Part shown: one piece after another, positions 8,652 to 17,602 of the stretch
How the letters are laid out: each line of letters opens with the position of its first letter
Position numbering within the stretch: position 1 is the first letter of the stretch
NCBI GenBank assembly: GCA_046350615.1
Contig: JAXMAA010000002.1
Location: 149,204 to 213,203 of the forward strand
Source of the DNA: Candidatus Saccharimonadales bacterium
Lineage (GTDB): Bacteria; Patescibacteriota; Saccharimonadia; Saccharimonadales; UBA7683
Direction of reading: 5' to 3'
DNA length: 64,000 nucleotides
The notes under the pieces: model-generated
What the model was told of the DNA's origin: nothing
The model's input: the letters and a program-made list of their open reading frames with translations, nothing else
The model's database searches: none
Program-made: the position numbers and the translations under genes

Positions 8652-9611
8652 ATGATGACAACGGATACACTTACAAAAGATTTATCTCAAGACTCTCACT
8701 ATGATGCGTTTGATCACACACTCCGTCCATTTGCAGTAGAACAAGGATATGAAGAATGGGGAGACTGGGCGGGTCACATAGTCTCCGTTTTTCATGAAAA
8801 ACTTCATGATTTAGAAGGCGAAAGTAACTTAACCCACGAAGAGGTGCTTGATGTAGGGCAATATTCTTTCGAGGTTGTTCGATCGGCTTGTGAGCTCGGT
8901 TACTTTAGTCGAGCTATACATCAAGAAGTAGAAGTGGATAGCCGCTTTGGCGCATTCTTAACGCAAACAATCTTAGGTGAAGATTATGAAGATCTAGAGG
9001 CAAGATCTAACTTTACTTTATCTCTACTAAAGAACGGACCAGAAAATTTACGCAAACTCCGTCGTGCGCCATTAAGAGACCGTGTTCGTGCATCACTCCA
9101 TTTTATACAGAGCGTGACTCCAGGATTTGAATCTGATGAACAAATCATGGATCTAGTAATATCTCCCGACTCTTCTGAGTGGAAACAAGCTCGAGAAGAC
9201 AGGGTCAAAGCATTGTATGAGCAATTAAAATATCTACCTGCGTTAGCAAAACAAGCATATTTATGGGGTAGAACTGGTTCAAGGGCATTCTTGCACGCTG
9301 ATATTGATGATCCGTCCACTATTGCACATCACGATGGGCTGGTGACTACTGATACGGATTTAGAGCAGTTAAAAATAGAAGCGGCAATGGAAGCTTTTGA
9401 CGATACGGAGAATGTTCCGACTTATAGTACGCTAGGACGAATTGTCATAAGACATAAAGGTCGGAAGATCGCTCGACAATATGGACTACGTCGAAATGAT
9501 TATGATTTAGAGTGGGTAAGATATCACAGTCAGGTTCAGATTAATCGAGCCCAGGAAGAAGACAGATTACGCACTGAGTTTCGTAGTAGCCCACCAGTAT
9601 TAGACTACTAG
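8652..9611 (+). CDS. hypothetical protein
   Basis: Track ORF 8487..9611 is trimmed to the ATG at 8652 (aaaggaaatATGATG), because its N-terminus overlaps tmRNA and the terminator. No family recognised. Confidence 0.55.
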   Translation: MMTTDTLTKDLSQDSHYDAFDHTLRPFAVEQGYEEWGDWAGHIVSVFHEKLHDLEGESNLTHEEVLDVGQYSFEVVRSACELGYFSRAIHQEVEVDSRFGAFLTQTILGEDYEDLEARSNFTLSLLKNGPENLRKLRRAPLRDRVRASLHFIQSVTPGFESDEQIMDLVISPDSSEWKQAREDRVKALYEQLKYLPALAKQAYLWGRTGSRAFLHADIDDPSTIAHHDGLVTTDTDLEQLKIEAAMEAFDDTENVPTYSTLGRIVIRHKGRKIARQYGLRRNDYDLEWVRYHSQVQINRAQEEDRLRTEFRSSPPVLDY

Positions 9612-9662
9612 TAATAAATTTCCTCTTTCAATAACAGGGATTATCCTTGCCGCTTGTTGGCA

Positions 9663-9691
9663 TTGACTTTTTAATATGCTCGTGCTATAAT
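9663..9691 (+). promoter_or_regulatory. promoter of the DEAD-box helicase gene with about 100-nt structured leader
   Basis: TTGACT, 17-nt spacer, TGc-TATAAT. The leader contains hairpin ccttgatt..aatcaagg. Confidence 0.55.
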
Positions 9692-9794
9692 GGATGTATT
9701 GTTCTAAATAAGAATCTAGGTTTGTTTGGTTTAATTCCTTGATTCACTAGCAACAATCAAGGTAAAAAATTAACAAGCAAAGGATTCTATTTTT

Positions 9795-11012
9795 ATGCCT
9801 TATAATTCACGTTCGTACGGCGGAAACCGTCGCAAACAATATGGCGGCAATCGAAACCGATTCAACAACCGTAACAACAAAACACGCAATATGGTAAAGG
9901 GGCGTGGTCAATATATCGATCCAGCCAAGTTTGTGCGCATGGCAACACCGGTAGAGATTGAGGAATATGTGCCAACTCACCTGTTTGCCGATTTTGCGGT
10001 TGACCAGCTTATAAAAGATAATCTGGTGCAAAAAGGCTATCAAGTGCCTTCACCAATTCAAGATCAAACCATTCCGATTGGCCTTGAAGGCAAAGATGTA
10101 ATTGGTATAGCCAACACCGGTACGGGTAAAACTGCTGCCTTTTCGCTCCCAGTTCTCGATCGCCTGATGCATGATCCGCACGCCAAGGCGCTCATTATTG
10201 CGCCAACACGCGAACTGGCGCAACAGATTGAAGATGAAATGCGCTCCATTGCCAAGGGTAGTGGGCTTTTCGGCGTACTACTCATTGGCGGTACTCCAAT
10301 GGGTCCACAGCTCCGTGATCTTAAAATGAAGCCACGAATTGTGATAGGTACGCCAGGTCGTATTAAGGATCACCTGGAACGGGGCAGTCTTATCTTAGAT
10401 CGCTTCAATCTTGTTGTACTCGATGAAGTAGATCGCATGCTTGATATGGGCTTTTTGCCAGATATGCAGTTTATTCTTGATAGTGTTGCACAAGATCGTC
10501 AATCATTCTTCTTTTCGGCAACGATGGACAGGACAGTTGATGGGCTTATTCAGAAGTTCTCCGACAACCCCATAACGGTTTCTGTAAAAACAGGTGATAC
10601 CAGTGATAATGTGCACCAAAATGTGGTTCATTACACCTCAAGAGAGGATAAAATTGAAAAACTGCACGATGCCTTAATTCAAGACCACGTTAAAAAGGTG
10701 ATTATTTTTGATGAGACTCAGCGAAGTGTAGAGCGTTTGAATACCGAACTTGCAAGCCGTGGTTTTGCAACAGATGCCATTCATGGCGGCAAAACGCAGG
10801 GTCAGCGGCAGCGGGCACTCAAAAAGTTTAAAGAAACCGACATAGATATATTAGTGGCTACCGATGTGGCTGCTCGTGGGATCGATGTAAAAGATATCAC
10901 TCACGTAATTAATTACGGCCTTCCGCAAACCTACGAAGATTACACACACCGAATCGGGCGCGCTGGCCGTGCTGGCAAAACTGGCTACGCACTCACGTTC
11001 ATCACAAAGTAA
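9795..11012 (+). CDS. DEAD-box ATP-dependent RNA helicase
   Basis: Q motif PSPIQ, GTGKTAAF, DEVDRM, SAT, HRIGRAGRAG. R/N/G-rich N-terminal tail. Confidence 0.92.
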   Translation: MPYNSRSYGGNRRKQYGGNRNRFNNRNNKTRNMVKGRGQYIDPAKFVRMATPVEIEEYVPTHLFADFAVDQLIKDNLVQKGYQVPSPIQDQTIPIGLEGKDVIGIANTGTGKTAAFSLPVLDRLMHDPHAKALIIAPTRELAQQIEDEMRSIAKGSGLFGVLLIGGTPMGPQLRDLKMKPRIVIGTPGRIKDHLERGSLILDRFNLVVLDEVDRMLDMGFLPDMQFILDSVAQDRQSFFFSATMDRTVDGLIQKFSDNPITVSVKTGDTSDNVHQNVVHYTSREDKIEKLHDALIQDHVKKVIIFDETQRSVERLNTELASRGFATDAIHGGKTQGQRQRALKKFKETDIDILVATDVAARGIDVKDITHVINYGLPQTYEDYTHRIGRAGRAGKTGYALTFITK

Positions 11013-11026
11013 TTCGCACTTTCTTA

Positions 11027-11055
11027 ATCTGTTTGAGGACTGTCCTCAAACAGAT
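11027..11055. repeat. REP-like hairpin, left copy
   Basis: atctgtttgaggac-t-gtcctcaaacagat: perfect 14-bp stem. The outer flank ttcttaa mirrors the right copy. Confidence 0.85.
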
Positions 11056-11069
11056 GGGCAAAATGTGAT

Positions 11070-11684
11070 TTATGAATTTACTAGATCTGATTTAATATCT
11101 TGAAGATCAGATCTTTTCTGTTGGTAAGATTTTAAAAATTCAAGGTAGTCTTGCTCAGACTTGAATAAATTGAGAATGGGCTCGGTCACAATCCATTCAG
11201 GAGTAGCGAGATCGCAGTAATACTTCAAACTCGAGTACTTATACCTGCGCCAGTAGCGGGGGTTCATGTGGATGTAGCGACTAATGTGATCAAGGTATGT
11301 TGCTGAGTCGATGTGACTTGCCTTGTATCTACTCTCAAACAAGGAGCCTGTGCGTTGATATTTATGGTTAAAGTATCTGCTATAGCTTGTCATGATCGCC
11401 CGCATAAAAGCAGACATAGCACCAGCCTCGTGTTGGTAGATGAGTATGTGAAAATGGTTTCCCATAAGACAGTATGCGAGTAGCTGGATGTCTCCGTGAT
11501 AATGCGGATACGTTTGCCCAACCTTATTTTTAGCTGGCTTCACCGAAAGATAGCGCTTAAATAAGCTGATAAAAAATAGCCGGTCAGAAACATCAAGAAA
11601 GATAGCTTGCCTGTTTCCTCCACGAGCGTAAATATGGTAGTAAGCTTCGGCGACGTCATGTTTAAGGATATTCCTGGACGGCAT
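11070..11684 (-). CDS. REP-associated tyrosine transposase (RAYT, IS200-like Y1 transposase family, COG1943)
   Basis: YHIYARGGNRQAIF, HUH motif MGNHFHILIY, GSLFESRYKA, catalytic-Tyr region YLDHISRYIHMNP. Confidence 0.85.
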   Translation of the reverse strand: MPSRNILKHDVAEAYYHIYARGGNRQAIFLDVSDRLFFISLFKRYLSVKPAKNKVGQTYPHYHGDIQLLAYCLMGNHFHILIYQHEAGAMSAFMRAIMTSYSRYFNHKYQRTGSLFESRYKASHIDSATYLDHISRYIHMNPRYWRRYKYSSLKYYCDLATPEWIVTEPILNLFKSEQDYLEFLKSYQQKRSDLQDIKSDLVNS

Positions 11685-11709
11685 AATTTTATAATATCAC
11701 AAAAACATT

Positions 11710-11738
11710 ATCTGTTTGAGGACAGTCCTCAAACAGAT
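11710..11738. repeat. REP-like hairpin, right copy (inverted)
   Basis: atctgtttgaggac-a-gtcctcaaacagat, followed by ttaagaa. Confidence 0.85.
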
Positions 11739-11787
11739 TAAGAAAATGTGATTTGACTTGATTATGGTTACGATTTAGCGTGGAGGG

Positions 11788-13086
11788 GTGATACGACGAA
11801 CAAAAAATACCATCAAAGCGCATGTTAAACGCAATCCGCATGTATTGCAACTGGCGACAAAAATTAAAAAACCCGCTCAAGCGCTTACGGCTGAAGATGT
11901 TGCCGAGGCACGTCATTATATCCAGCAGTTCTGGGTTAATTTAGAGCGATATCATCCGCACGATGAAGAGAGCTTAATTGGCTTGCCGAATGCCTATTTG
12001 GTGCCAGCACACGATCCTACGAGCACATTCAACTTTGACGAAATGTATTACTGGGATAGCTACTTTATGGTGCAGGGCATGCTAAAAAATCCAGATAAAA
12101 AAGAGCTGGTATTGGGTATTTTAGAAAATCTATTTACACTGTTTGGTCGTTTCAAAGTGATACCAAATGCCTCAAGAACCTATCTGATGGGCCGTTCGCA
12201 GCCACCACTTTTAACAAGCTTTATATTTGATGTGTACGAGGCGTACGGCCTTGATAAACGCTGGCTGGCACAGGCAATCGGCTATGCTAAACAAGAGTAT
12301 GAAACCGTCTGGATGGGCCAAGCCAAGCCATTTGATCATCAGGTATATCAAGGCCTTTCGCGCTACTACGATATTAATGTGTTGCACGATCTAGCCGAAG
12401 CTGAAAGCGGCTGGGACATGACAAATCGTTTCAATCGCCATTGTCTCGATTACCTGCCGGTTGATTTAAATGCGCTTCTTTATAAGTACGAGCGAGATTT
12501 TGCGAGAGCAGCCCATATCTTAGAGAATCTAGATGAGCAAGTATCTTGGGAGAAAATAGCCAAACAGCGCCACCAGAACATGCAAAATCTGATGTGGAGC
12601 AGTACAAAAGGCCTATATTACGATTTCAACTATAAAAAAGAACGCAAAGGGCAAGTCGCATCACTGGCAAGTTACGTGCCGTTGTGGGCAGAGCTAGTAG
12701 ATCAGAAAACAGCCAATCAGTTAGCAAAAAATCTGCGCCGTTTTGATGCCGATGGCGGCTTAGTTACCACCGATGGCCAGATGCTTAAAAGTGCTTTACC
12801 CCAAAAAATGCCACTGCAATGGGCCTATCCAAATGGTTGGGCACCTGTTCATTTTTTTGTAGTGCAAGGTTTGGAGAAATATGGATACCACGAAGAGGCA
12901 AAACGGATTGCACTCAAGTGGCTCAAAACATGCAATGATTGGTTTACTAAGCATGGTGTATTCTTGGAAAAATATAATATGATTCAGCCCACAAAGCATC
13001 CAGTAGAAGGCGTATATCCAAGCCAGACCGGTTTTGGCTGGACAAACGCAATTTTTGAACGCCTCTGCCAAGATTATCTTGATTAA
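11788..13086 (+). CDS. trehalase (GH37)
   Basis: YYWDSYF, RSQPPLL, ESGWDMTNRF, QTGFGWTNA. The GTG start is uncertain. Confidence 0.85.
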   Translation: MIRRTKNTIKAHVKRNPHVLQLATKIKKPAQALTAEDVAEARHYIQQFWVNLERYHPHDEESLIGLPNAYLVPAHDPTSTFNFDEMYYWDSYFMVQGMLKNPDKKELVLGILENLFTLFGRFKVIPNASRTYLMGRSQPPLLTSFIFDVYEAYGLDKRWLAQAIGYAKQEYETVWMGQAKPFDHQVYQGLSRYYDINVLHDLAEAESGWDMTNRFNRHCLDYLPVDLNALLYKYERDFARAAHILENLDEQVSWEKIAKQRHQNMQNLMWSSTKGLYYDFNYKKERKGQVASLASYVPLWAELVDQKTANQLAKNLRRFDADGGLVTTDGQMLKSALPQKMPLQWAYPNGWAPVHFFVVQGLEKYGYHEEAKRIALKWLKTCNDWFTKHGVFLEKYNMIQPTKHPVEGVYPSQTGFGWTNAIFERLCQDYLD

Positions 13087-13148
13087 TGAAAACGCTCGAC
13101 AGTTGCATATAAAGCCTTAATACTACATCGGAGAAGGTTGTTGGCTGC

Positions 13149-13157
13149 TGATATACT
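13149..13157 (+). promoter_or_regulatory. extended -10 box, leaderless pgeF
   Basis: TGaTATACT lies 6 nt before the ATG at 13164. Confidence 0.5.
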
Positions 13158-13163
13158 AGCTGC

Positions 13164-13928
13164 ATGGTAGTGGAAGACCAGCCAGCTTGCTTTGGCGACC
13201 GAGTTATTGGATTCGTTTCATCAATTGATGAGGGTCAAATGTCGCTTGGCTGGGACGACCCGGTAGAGGAAGTGTTGGCCAACAGAAGTTGCTTTTTGGG
13301 CGAGTGTGGTCTCACTATTGATCAGGCAACAATAGTACAAGTAAGATACACCCCAAGCTCTCGATACGATGTTATAAAAGAGGTGAGTGCTAAAGACTGC
13401 GGAGTTGGTATGCGCAGAGCCGATGGTCCTATTGCCGGCTGTCTTATTGCCGGCGTTCCAGGCGTTGCATTATTTCTACCTGTTGCCGATTGCATTCCTG
13501 CAATCTTGTATGACCCGAAAAATCACGTTCTTGCTCTCGCGCATTTGGGGCGGCATAATTCCATCGCCAACCTCACTACGAAAGTAGTAAAACATCTACA
13601 GAGTTCATTTAAGAGCAATCCCGCTGATCTTCTTGTGTGGCTTGGGCCAAGCATTAGCCCAGAAAACTATGCACTTGAGCGTGTTGATTTTGCGAAAAAT
13701 GATGAAAATTGGAAGCCTTACACCCAGAAGGTTGATAACGGTTTTTTGGTAGATCTGCGTGGCTACGCCCAGAACTCTTTCTTAAAAGCAGGTGTAAAGA
13801 AGAGTGGCATATTCCATTCAGGCAACAACACCGCCACTCATCCAAAGTACTGGTCGCATTATACAGAGGTAACCGTTCGCGGCCGCAAGCCTCCGCCTCG
13901 GTTCGCCGCTTTGTGCGCCTTAAAATAG
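13164..13928 (+). CDS. pgeF: YfiH/PgeF family protein (purine nucleoside phosphorylase / peptidoglycan editing factor, COG1496)
   Basis: VADCIPAILYD...ALAHLGRH matches the ADC.P...HaGwrG signature. Confidence 0.75.
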   Translation: MVVEDQPACFGDRVIGFVSSIDEGQMSLGWDDPVEEVLANRSCFLGECGLTIDQATIVQVRYTPSSRYDVIKEVSAKDCGVGMRRADGPIAGCLIAGVPGVALFLPVADCIPAILYDPKNHVLALAHLGRHNSIANLTTKVVKHLQSSFKSNPADLLVWLGPSISPENYALERVDFAKNDENWKPYTQKVDNGFLVDLRGYAQNSFLKAGVKKSGIFHSGNNTATHPKYWSHYTEVTVRGRKPPPRFAALCALK

Positions 13929-13947
13929 CGACCGTCATATCTTCTTC

Positions 13948-13971
13948 ATACTAAAAAGTGTCCAATTGGAC
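13948..13971. repeat. second copy of the GTCCAATTGGAC motif
   Basis: 24/24 identical to 3380-3403. Lies 37 nt upstream of the metG-leader -10 box. Confidence 0.6.
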
Positions 13972-14004
13972 AAAAAATAGTATAACTTAAAAATATAACA
14001 GATG

Positions 14005-14013
14005 TGGTATAGT
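14005..14013 (+). promoter_or_regulatory. extended -10 box of the metG transcription unit
   Basis: TGgTATAGT lies 6 nt before the ATG at 14020. Confidence 0.5.
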
Positions 14014-14019
14014 AGGTTT

Positions 14020-14091
14020 ATGTTTTATTCTGTGCAGAATGCAGCTTTTCGTGTCATGATGCCCCTTAGGGCTGTTATTTCTTTTTGCTAA
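14020..14091 (+). CDS. candidate 23-codon leaderless upstream ORF (MFYSVQNAAFRVMMPLRAVISFC)
   Basis: The ATG is placed exactly as in the other leaderless genes. Tandem ATG ATG at 14056-14061 abuts a small GC hairpin plus T-tract (14061-14086). Confidence 0.3.
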   Translation: MFYSVQNAAFRVMMPLRAVISFC

Positions 14092-14124
14092 CTTTCTATC
14101 AACTTAAAATCGGGAATACTAATC

Positions 14125-15570
14125 ATGACAAAACAGACTTTTTACGTTACTACCTCAATTCCGTACGCCAGCGGTAACCCGCATATTGGCAACGCCATAG
14201 ACCCACTATATGGTGACGTGATAGCGCGGTACTATCGACAGCAAGGCTACGACGTGGCATATAGCGCCGGTTCTGACGAACACGGTTCAAAGATTTATGA
14301 AAAAGCACTAGAAGCAGGTATTAAACCAGAAGAATTTATTGAAAAAATAGTGCCAGAGATTGAAAGTGGCCACAAACGTATTAATTCTCAGTACACACAT
14401 TTTGCACGCACCAATAGCAAGCAGCACATGAGTATTGCCGCTAAGCTCTGGAAGCAGATGGGTGATGACATCTACAAGTCAAAATACACTGGCTGGTACT
14501 GTGTTGGGTGCGAAGAGTATAAAACCGAAACCGAAGTGAAAGAAAATAAGGGTATATGCCCGCTGCACGATAAAAAATACGAAAAACTTGAGGAAGAAAA
14601 CTACTTCTTTAAACTCAGCAAATATCAGGAGCAATTGATTACACTCATCGAATCCGGTGAGTTCGAGGTTATGCCGGCTAATCGCAAAACCGAGATCCTG
14701 AACGTCATTAAAGATGGACTGACAGATATCAGCGTCTCGCGCCCGAAAAAGAAGTTACCGTGGGGCATTCCGGTGCCGGGCGATACTACGCAGGTAATGT
14801 ACGTGTGGTTCGAGGCACTCATGAACTATATTACGCTGCTCGATTACCCAAATGGCGATGACTTCAAAAAATATTGGCCAACCAACCTCCAGATTGTTGG
14901 TAAAGACAACCTCCGCTTTCACGCAGCAATTTATCCAGCCATGCTACTGAGCGCAAAGCTTCCGGTTCTGAAGCGACTGTTGGTGCATGGGCATCTTTCG
15001 GTTGGCGGCAAAAAAATGAGTAAAACTATCGGTAACGTCGTGAGTACTGAAGATATCGTTCAAAAATACGGCACTGATGCCTTCCGATATTACTTTTTGC
15101 GTCACGTTTCAAGTTATGATGACGGCGATTTCACCTGGGAGCGGTTTGATGCAGTCTACCATGGTGAACTGGCAAATGAGCTAGGAAACGCTGTGCAGCG
15201 CGTGGCAAGCATGATTAACCGTTATCAACAGGGTGTGATTGGCGAACATCTTGCACCAGAACATGACATTCAGCCCTATACACTGGCGATTGAAAACCAG
15301 CAGTTTGATAAGGCCCTAGAGTGGGTATGGGGCTTGGTTCGCGGTGTTAATCTGTTCTTAGAGCAGGAAAAACCATGGCAGCTTGCCAAAGAGGCAGACA
15401 AAACACACCTAAGCGAAGTTCTTAGCGCATGCGTGGGCGATCTCCTGCAAATAGCCGAGCTACTCGTACCGTTCCTGCCAACCACCGCCGAGACCATTCA
15501 ACAAATATTCAACGAGGGCCACGTCCATAACTACTCCGGCGTTTTATTCCCTCGTATCGAAGAAATCTAG
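14125..15570 (+). CDS. metG: methionine--tRNA ligase
   Basis: HIGH-type YASGNPHIGNA, Zn knuckle CVGCEEY..CPLH, KMSKT. Confidence 0.95.
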   Translation: MTKQTFYVTTSIPYASGNPHIGNAIDPLYGDVIARYYRQQGYDVAYSAGSDEHGSKIYEKALEAGIKPEEFIEKIVPEIESGHKRINSQYTHFARTNSKQHMSIAAKLWKQMGDDIYKSKYTGWYCVGCEEYKTETEVKENKGICPLHDKKYEKLEEENYFFKLSKYQEQLITLIESGEFEVMPANRKTEILNVIKDGLTDISVSRPKKKLPWGIPVPGDTTQVMYVWFEALMNYITLLDYPNGDDFKKYWPTNLQIVGKDNLRFHAAIYPAMLLSAKLPVLKRLLVHGHLSVGGKKMSKTIGNVVSTEDIVQKYGTDAFRYYFLRHVSSYDDGDFTWERFDAVYHGELANELGNAVQRVASMINRYQQGVIGEHLAPEHDIQPYTLAIENQQFDKALEWVWGLVRGVNLFLEQEKPWQLAKEADKTHLSEVLSACVGDLLQIAELLVPFLPTTAETIQQIFNEGHVHNYSGVLFPRIEEI

Positions 15571-15654
15571 CCATCACTCTTACTAATTATGCTTGCTTGT
15601 CACGAGCTTAGGAGCTATTATCTGTGTGAACCTATAAGATGAGGAGATTATTAC

Positions 15655-16131
15655 ATGGCTTCGAGATTTGAACAGGGAAGATATCCTGGTCGAGTTGCTA
15701 GAACAGCATTGTTTGGAGTGGCGCTTGTAGTGAGTGGATGTGGTGGCGGGAGCGGCGAGGTCCACGCCTCCGATGATGTAACTACCGAGGGCGCGTTTAT
15801 AATTCCGACCGCGGCACAGGTTGCGGCAAAAGAGGGTGGTTCGGTGAGTCAGTTTCCGGTTCCGGCTGATGGAGCTCCGGGTATTGAACGTTTTTGTGGT
15901 GAGATAGGCGCCGTTGTAACAGGTATGGGCACAACATCTGAAGGAGAATGGGTGGATTGCATAGTAAGCGATATGGAGTTGAGTATGGATCCTGACAGCA
16001 CTAGCAAGCTCTTCCTTGAAGCAGTTTGTAGAATTGCTGGCGGTACGGTCATTGAGGTTGCTATGAGACCTAATCAATCCCAGACAATAGCCGCTTGTCA
16101 TACTGGGCAAGCAGCTCTCGACGAAAACTAG
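15655..16131 (+). CDS. putative lipoprotein, Cys-rich, GC-rich
   Basis: Lipobox LVVSGC after a basic/hydrophobic signal. The overlapping minus ORF 15583..16110 was judged a shadow. Confidence 0.55.
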   Translation: MASRFEQGRYPGRVARTALFGVALVVSGCGGGSGEVHASDDVTTEGAFIIPTAAQVAAKEGGSVSQFPVPADGAPGIERFCGEIGAVVTGMGTTSEGEWVDCIVSDMELSMDPDSTSKLFLEAVCRIAGGTVIEVAMRPNQSQTIAACHTGQAALDEN

Positions 16132-16146
16132 GCTATATCCTGAAGA

Positions 16147-16719
16147 TCATTTACCAGTAGTAGACCAGTGCCAAGGTTCGAGCGCATGATTTTTGAGGTG
16201 ATACCTGGATGCGTTATTTTGAAGCCAAGGGTAACAAGGTGAATTTTCAAAGAACGCATAGCCACTGCAGGCGAAATCTATCGCTAAACCTTCGTTGTGA
16301 AGGCTTTTACCTGCGGGCTCGGTTGGCGGAGTGCAGAGATTGCTCGGTTTCTGGTATAAGTTGTAGTCGCCAAGGCCACAGTTGGCACCCCTAAGCTGCA
16401 GTTGGTACTCGCATGAGCGATATGCAACAGTAATTGCCATTGGCACGGCTTGAGATTGAGCCTCTGTAATGAGTGCTTCGACAAACGGCGCTAATTTAGT
16501 ATGAACTTGATTGCCGGCGACAGCGGCTAAATGTGAGCTTCCCCAGGCGGCATCATGGCATGAAATCAGTGTTTGGTCTGGTGCTGGCGGCAGCGTCTTC
16601 ACATACGAAACAGCGGCTTGCGTTTGAGTAAATAACGCACCCGAAACTACTATTAATTGTGCCACCCATCCTGTCATGCTTCTTAGTATATAGTGCGGAG
16701 TATGCAGTTGATAGTCCAT
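16147..16719 (-). CDS. D-alanyl-D-alanine carboxypeptidase, VanY/M15B family
   Basis: SCEYQLQLR, SLHNEGLAIDF, EPWHW zinc-ligand pattern, N-terminal TM. Confidence 0.75.
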   Translation of the reverse strand: MDYQLHTPHYILRSMTGWVAQLIVVSGALFTQTQAAVSYVKTLPPAPDQTLISCHDAAWGSSHLAAVAGNQVHTKLAPFVEALITEAQSQAVPMAITVAYRSCEYQLQLRGANCGLGDYNLYQKPSNLCTPPTEPAGKSLHNEGLAIDFACSGYAFFENSPCYPWLQNNASRYHLKNHALEPWHWSTTGK

Positions 16720-16801
16720 AGACTGCAGCTTGTTGTGCTATGCGGGGGCAAAGCTACCCTTGCCAGTTGCATTAGCAGGGGTCTTCACGCACACTAAAAG
16801 C

Positions 16802-17593
16802 ATGCAGTTTGTTGATACACATTGCCATATTCATGATCCGGAGTTTTTTACCGCTATGCAGGCCGAAGAAGCGCTGGAACAGGCAGTTAAGGCTGGGGTA
16901 ACTCGTATGATCTGTGTGGGTACGAGCCTGGAAGATAGCAGGCGAGCGGTGGCATTTGCTGAGGCGCATCCAGAGAATTGCTGGGCAAGTATCGGCATTC
17001 ATCCTCATGAAGGTTCAAAGTTAACGCCGAATGAAATCACGCGCCATCTTGAAGAACTCTCAATACTGGCTGAGCACCCAAGTGTAATTGCGGTGGGCGA
17101 GTGCGGTTTGGATTTTTACTATAACGATAAAAATGATCATTTGACGGCTCAAGAGGTGCTTTTAAAGGGTCAGAGTGAAATAGCTCTCAATTATACACTA
17201 ACGATTACATTTCATGTTAGAGAGGCGTTTGACGAGTTCTGGAGGATATTTGAAGGCTACAAGGGCGTAAAAGGGGTGTTGCATAGTTTTACTGACAGAT
17301 CAGCCCATCTGGAGCGTGCATTACAGCATCAATTGCTTGTTGGCATCAACGGTATTGCGACTTTTACAACGCATAATTGGCAGCGTGATCTGTTCAAAGC
17401 AGTAAAATTAGATAATTTTGTACTAGAAACTGATTCTCCCTTCTTGACACCAAAGCCGATCCGTGGTACTATGAATGCGCCGGAAAATGTGATATATATC
17501 ACAAAGTTCCTGGCAGACTTAAGGAGTGAGAGCGAAGAAGTTATCGCAAAAGCAACAACAGCTAATGCGACGAAACTATTCAATCTTGTGTGA
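16802..17593 (+). CDS. tatD: TatD family metal-dependent hydrolase
   Basis: MQFVDTHCHIHD, GECGLDFYY. TTGCAT-N17-CACACT lies 6 nt upstream of the ATG at 16802. Confidence 0.85.
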   Translation: MQFVDTHCHIHDPEFFTAMQAEEALEQAVKAGVTRMICVGTSLEDSRRAVAFAEAHPENCWASIGIHPHEGSKLTPNEITRHLEELSILAEHPSVIAVGECGLDFYYNDKNDHLTAQEVLLKGQSEIALNYTLTITFHVREAFDEFWRIFEGYKGVKGVLHSFTDRSAHLERALQHQLLVGINGIATFTTHNWQRDLFKAVKLDNFVLETDSPFLTPKPIRGTMNAPENVIYITKFLADLRSESEEVIAKATTANATKLFNLV

Positions 17594-17602
17594 GAGCGGA
17601 AT

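Larger units (their letters stand above)
11027..11738 (-). mobile_element. REP-RAYT unit: Y1 (IS200-like) transposase gene bracketed by inverted REP hairpins
   Basis: See the component features. The hairpins sit 14 nt after the stop and 25 nt before the start. Confidence 0.7.

Noticed and set aside
11689-11916. Minus ORF spanning the right REP hairpin and the trehalase 5' end.
   Set aside because: It is a translation of the hairpin (..FEDCPQTD..) and is antisense to the trehalase gene.
14020-14124. T-box leader upstream of metG.
   Set aside because: The leader is only about 105 nt. It has no specifier-loop/T-box sequence (AAUUAGGGUGGUACCGCG-like) and no antiterminator/terminator pair.
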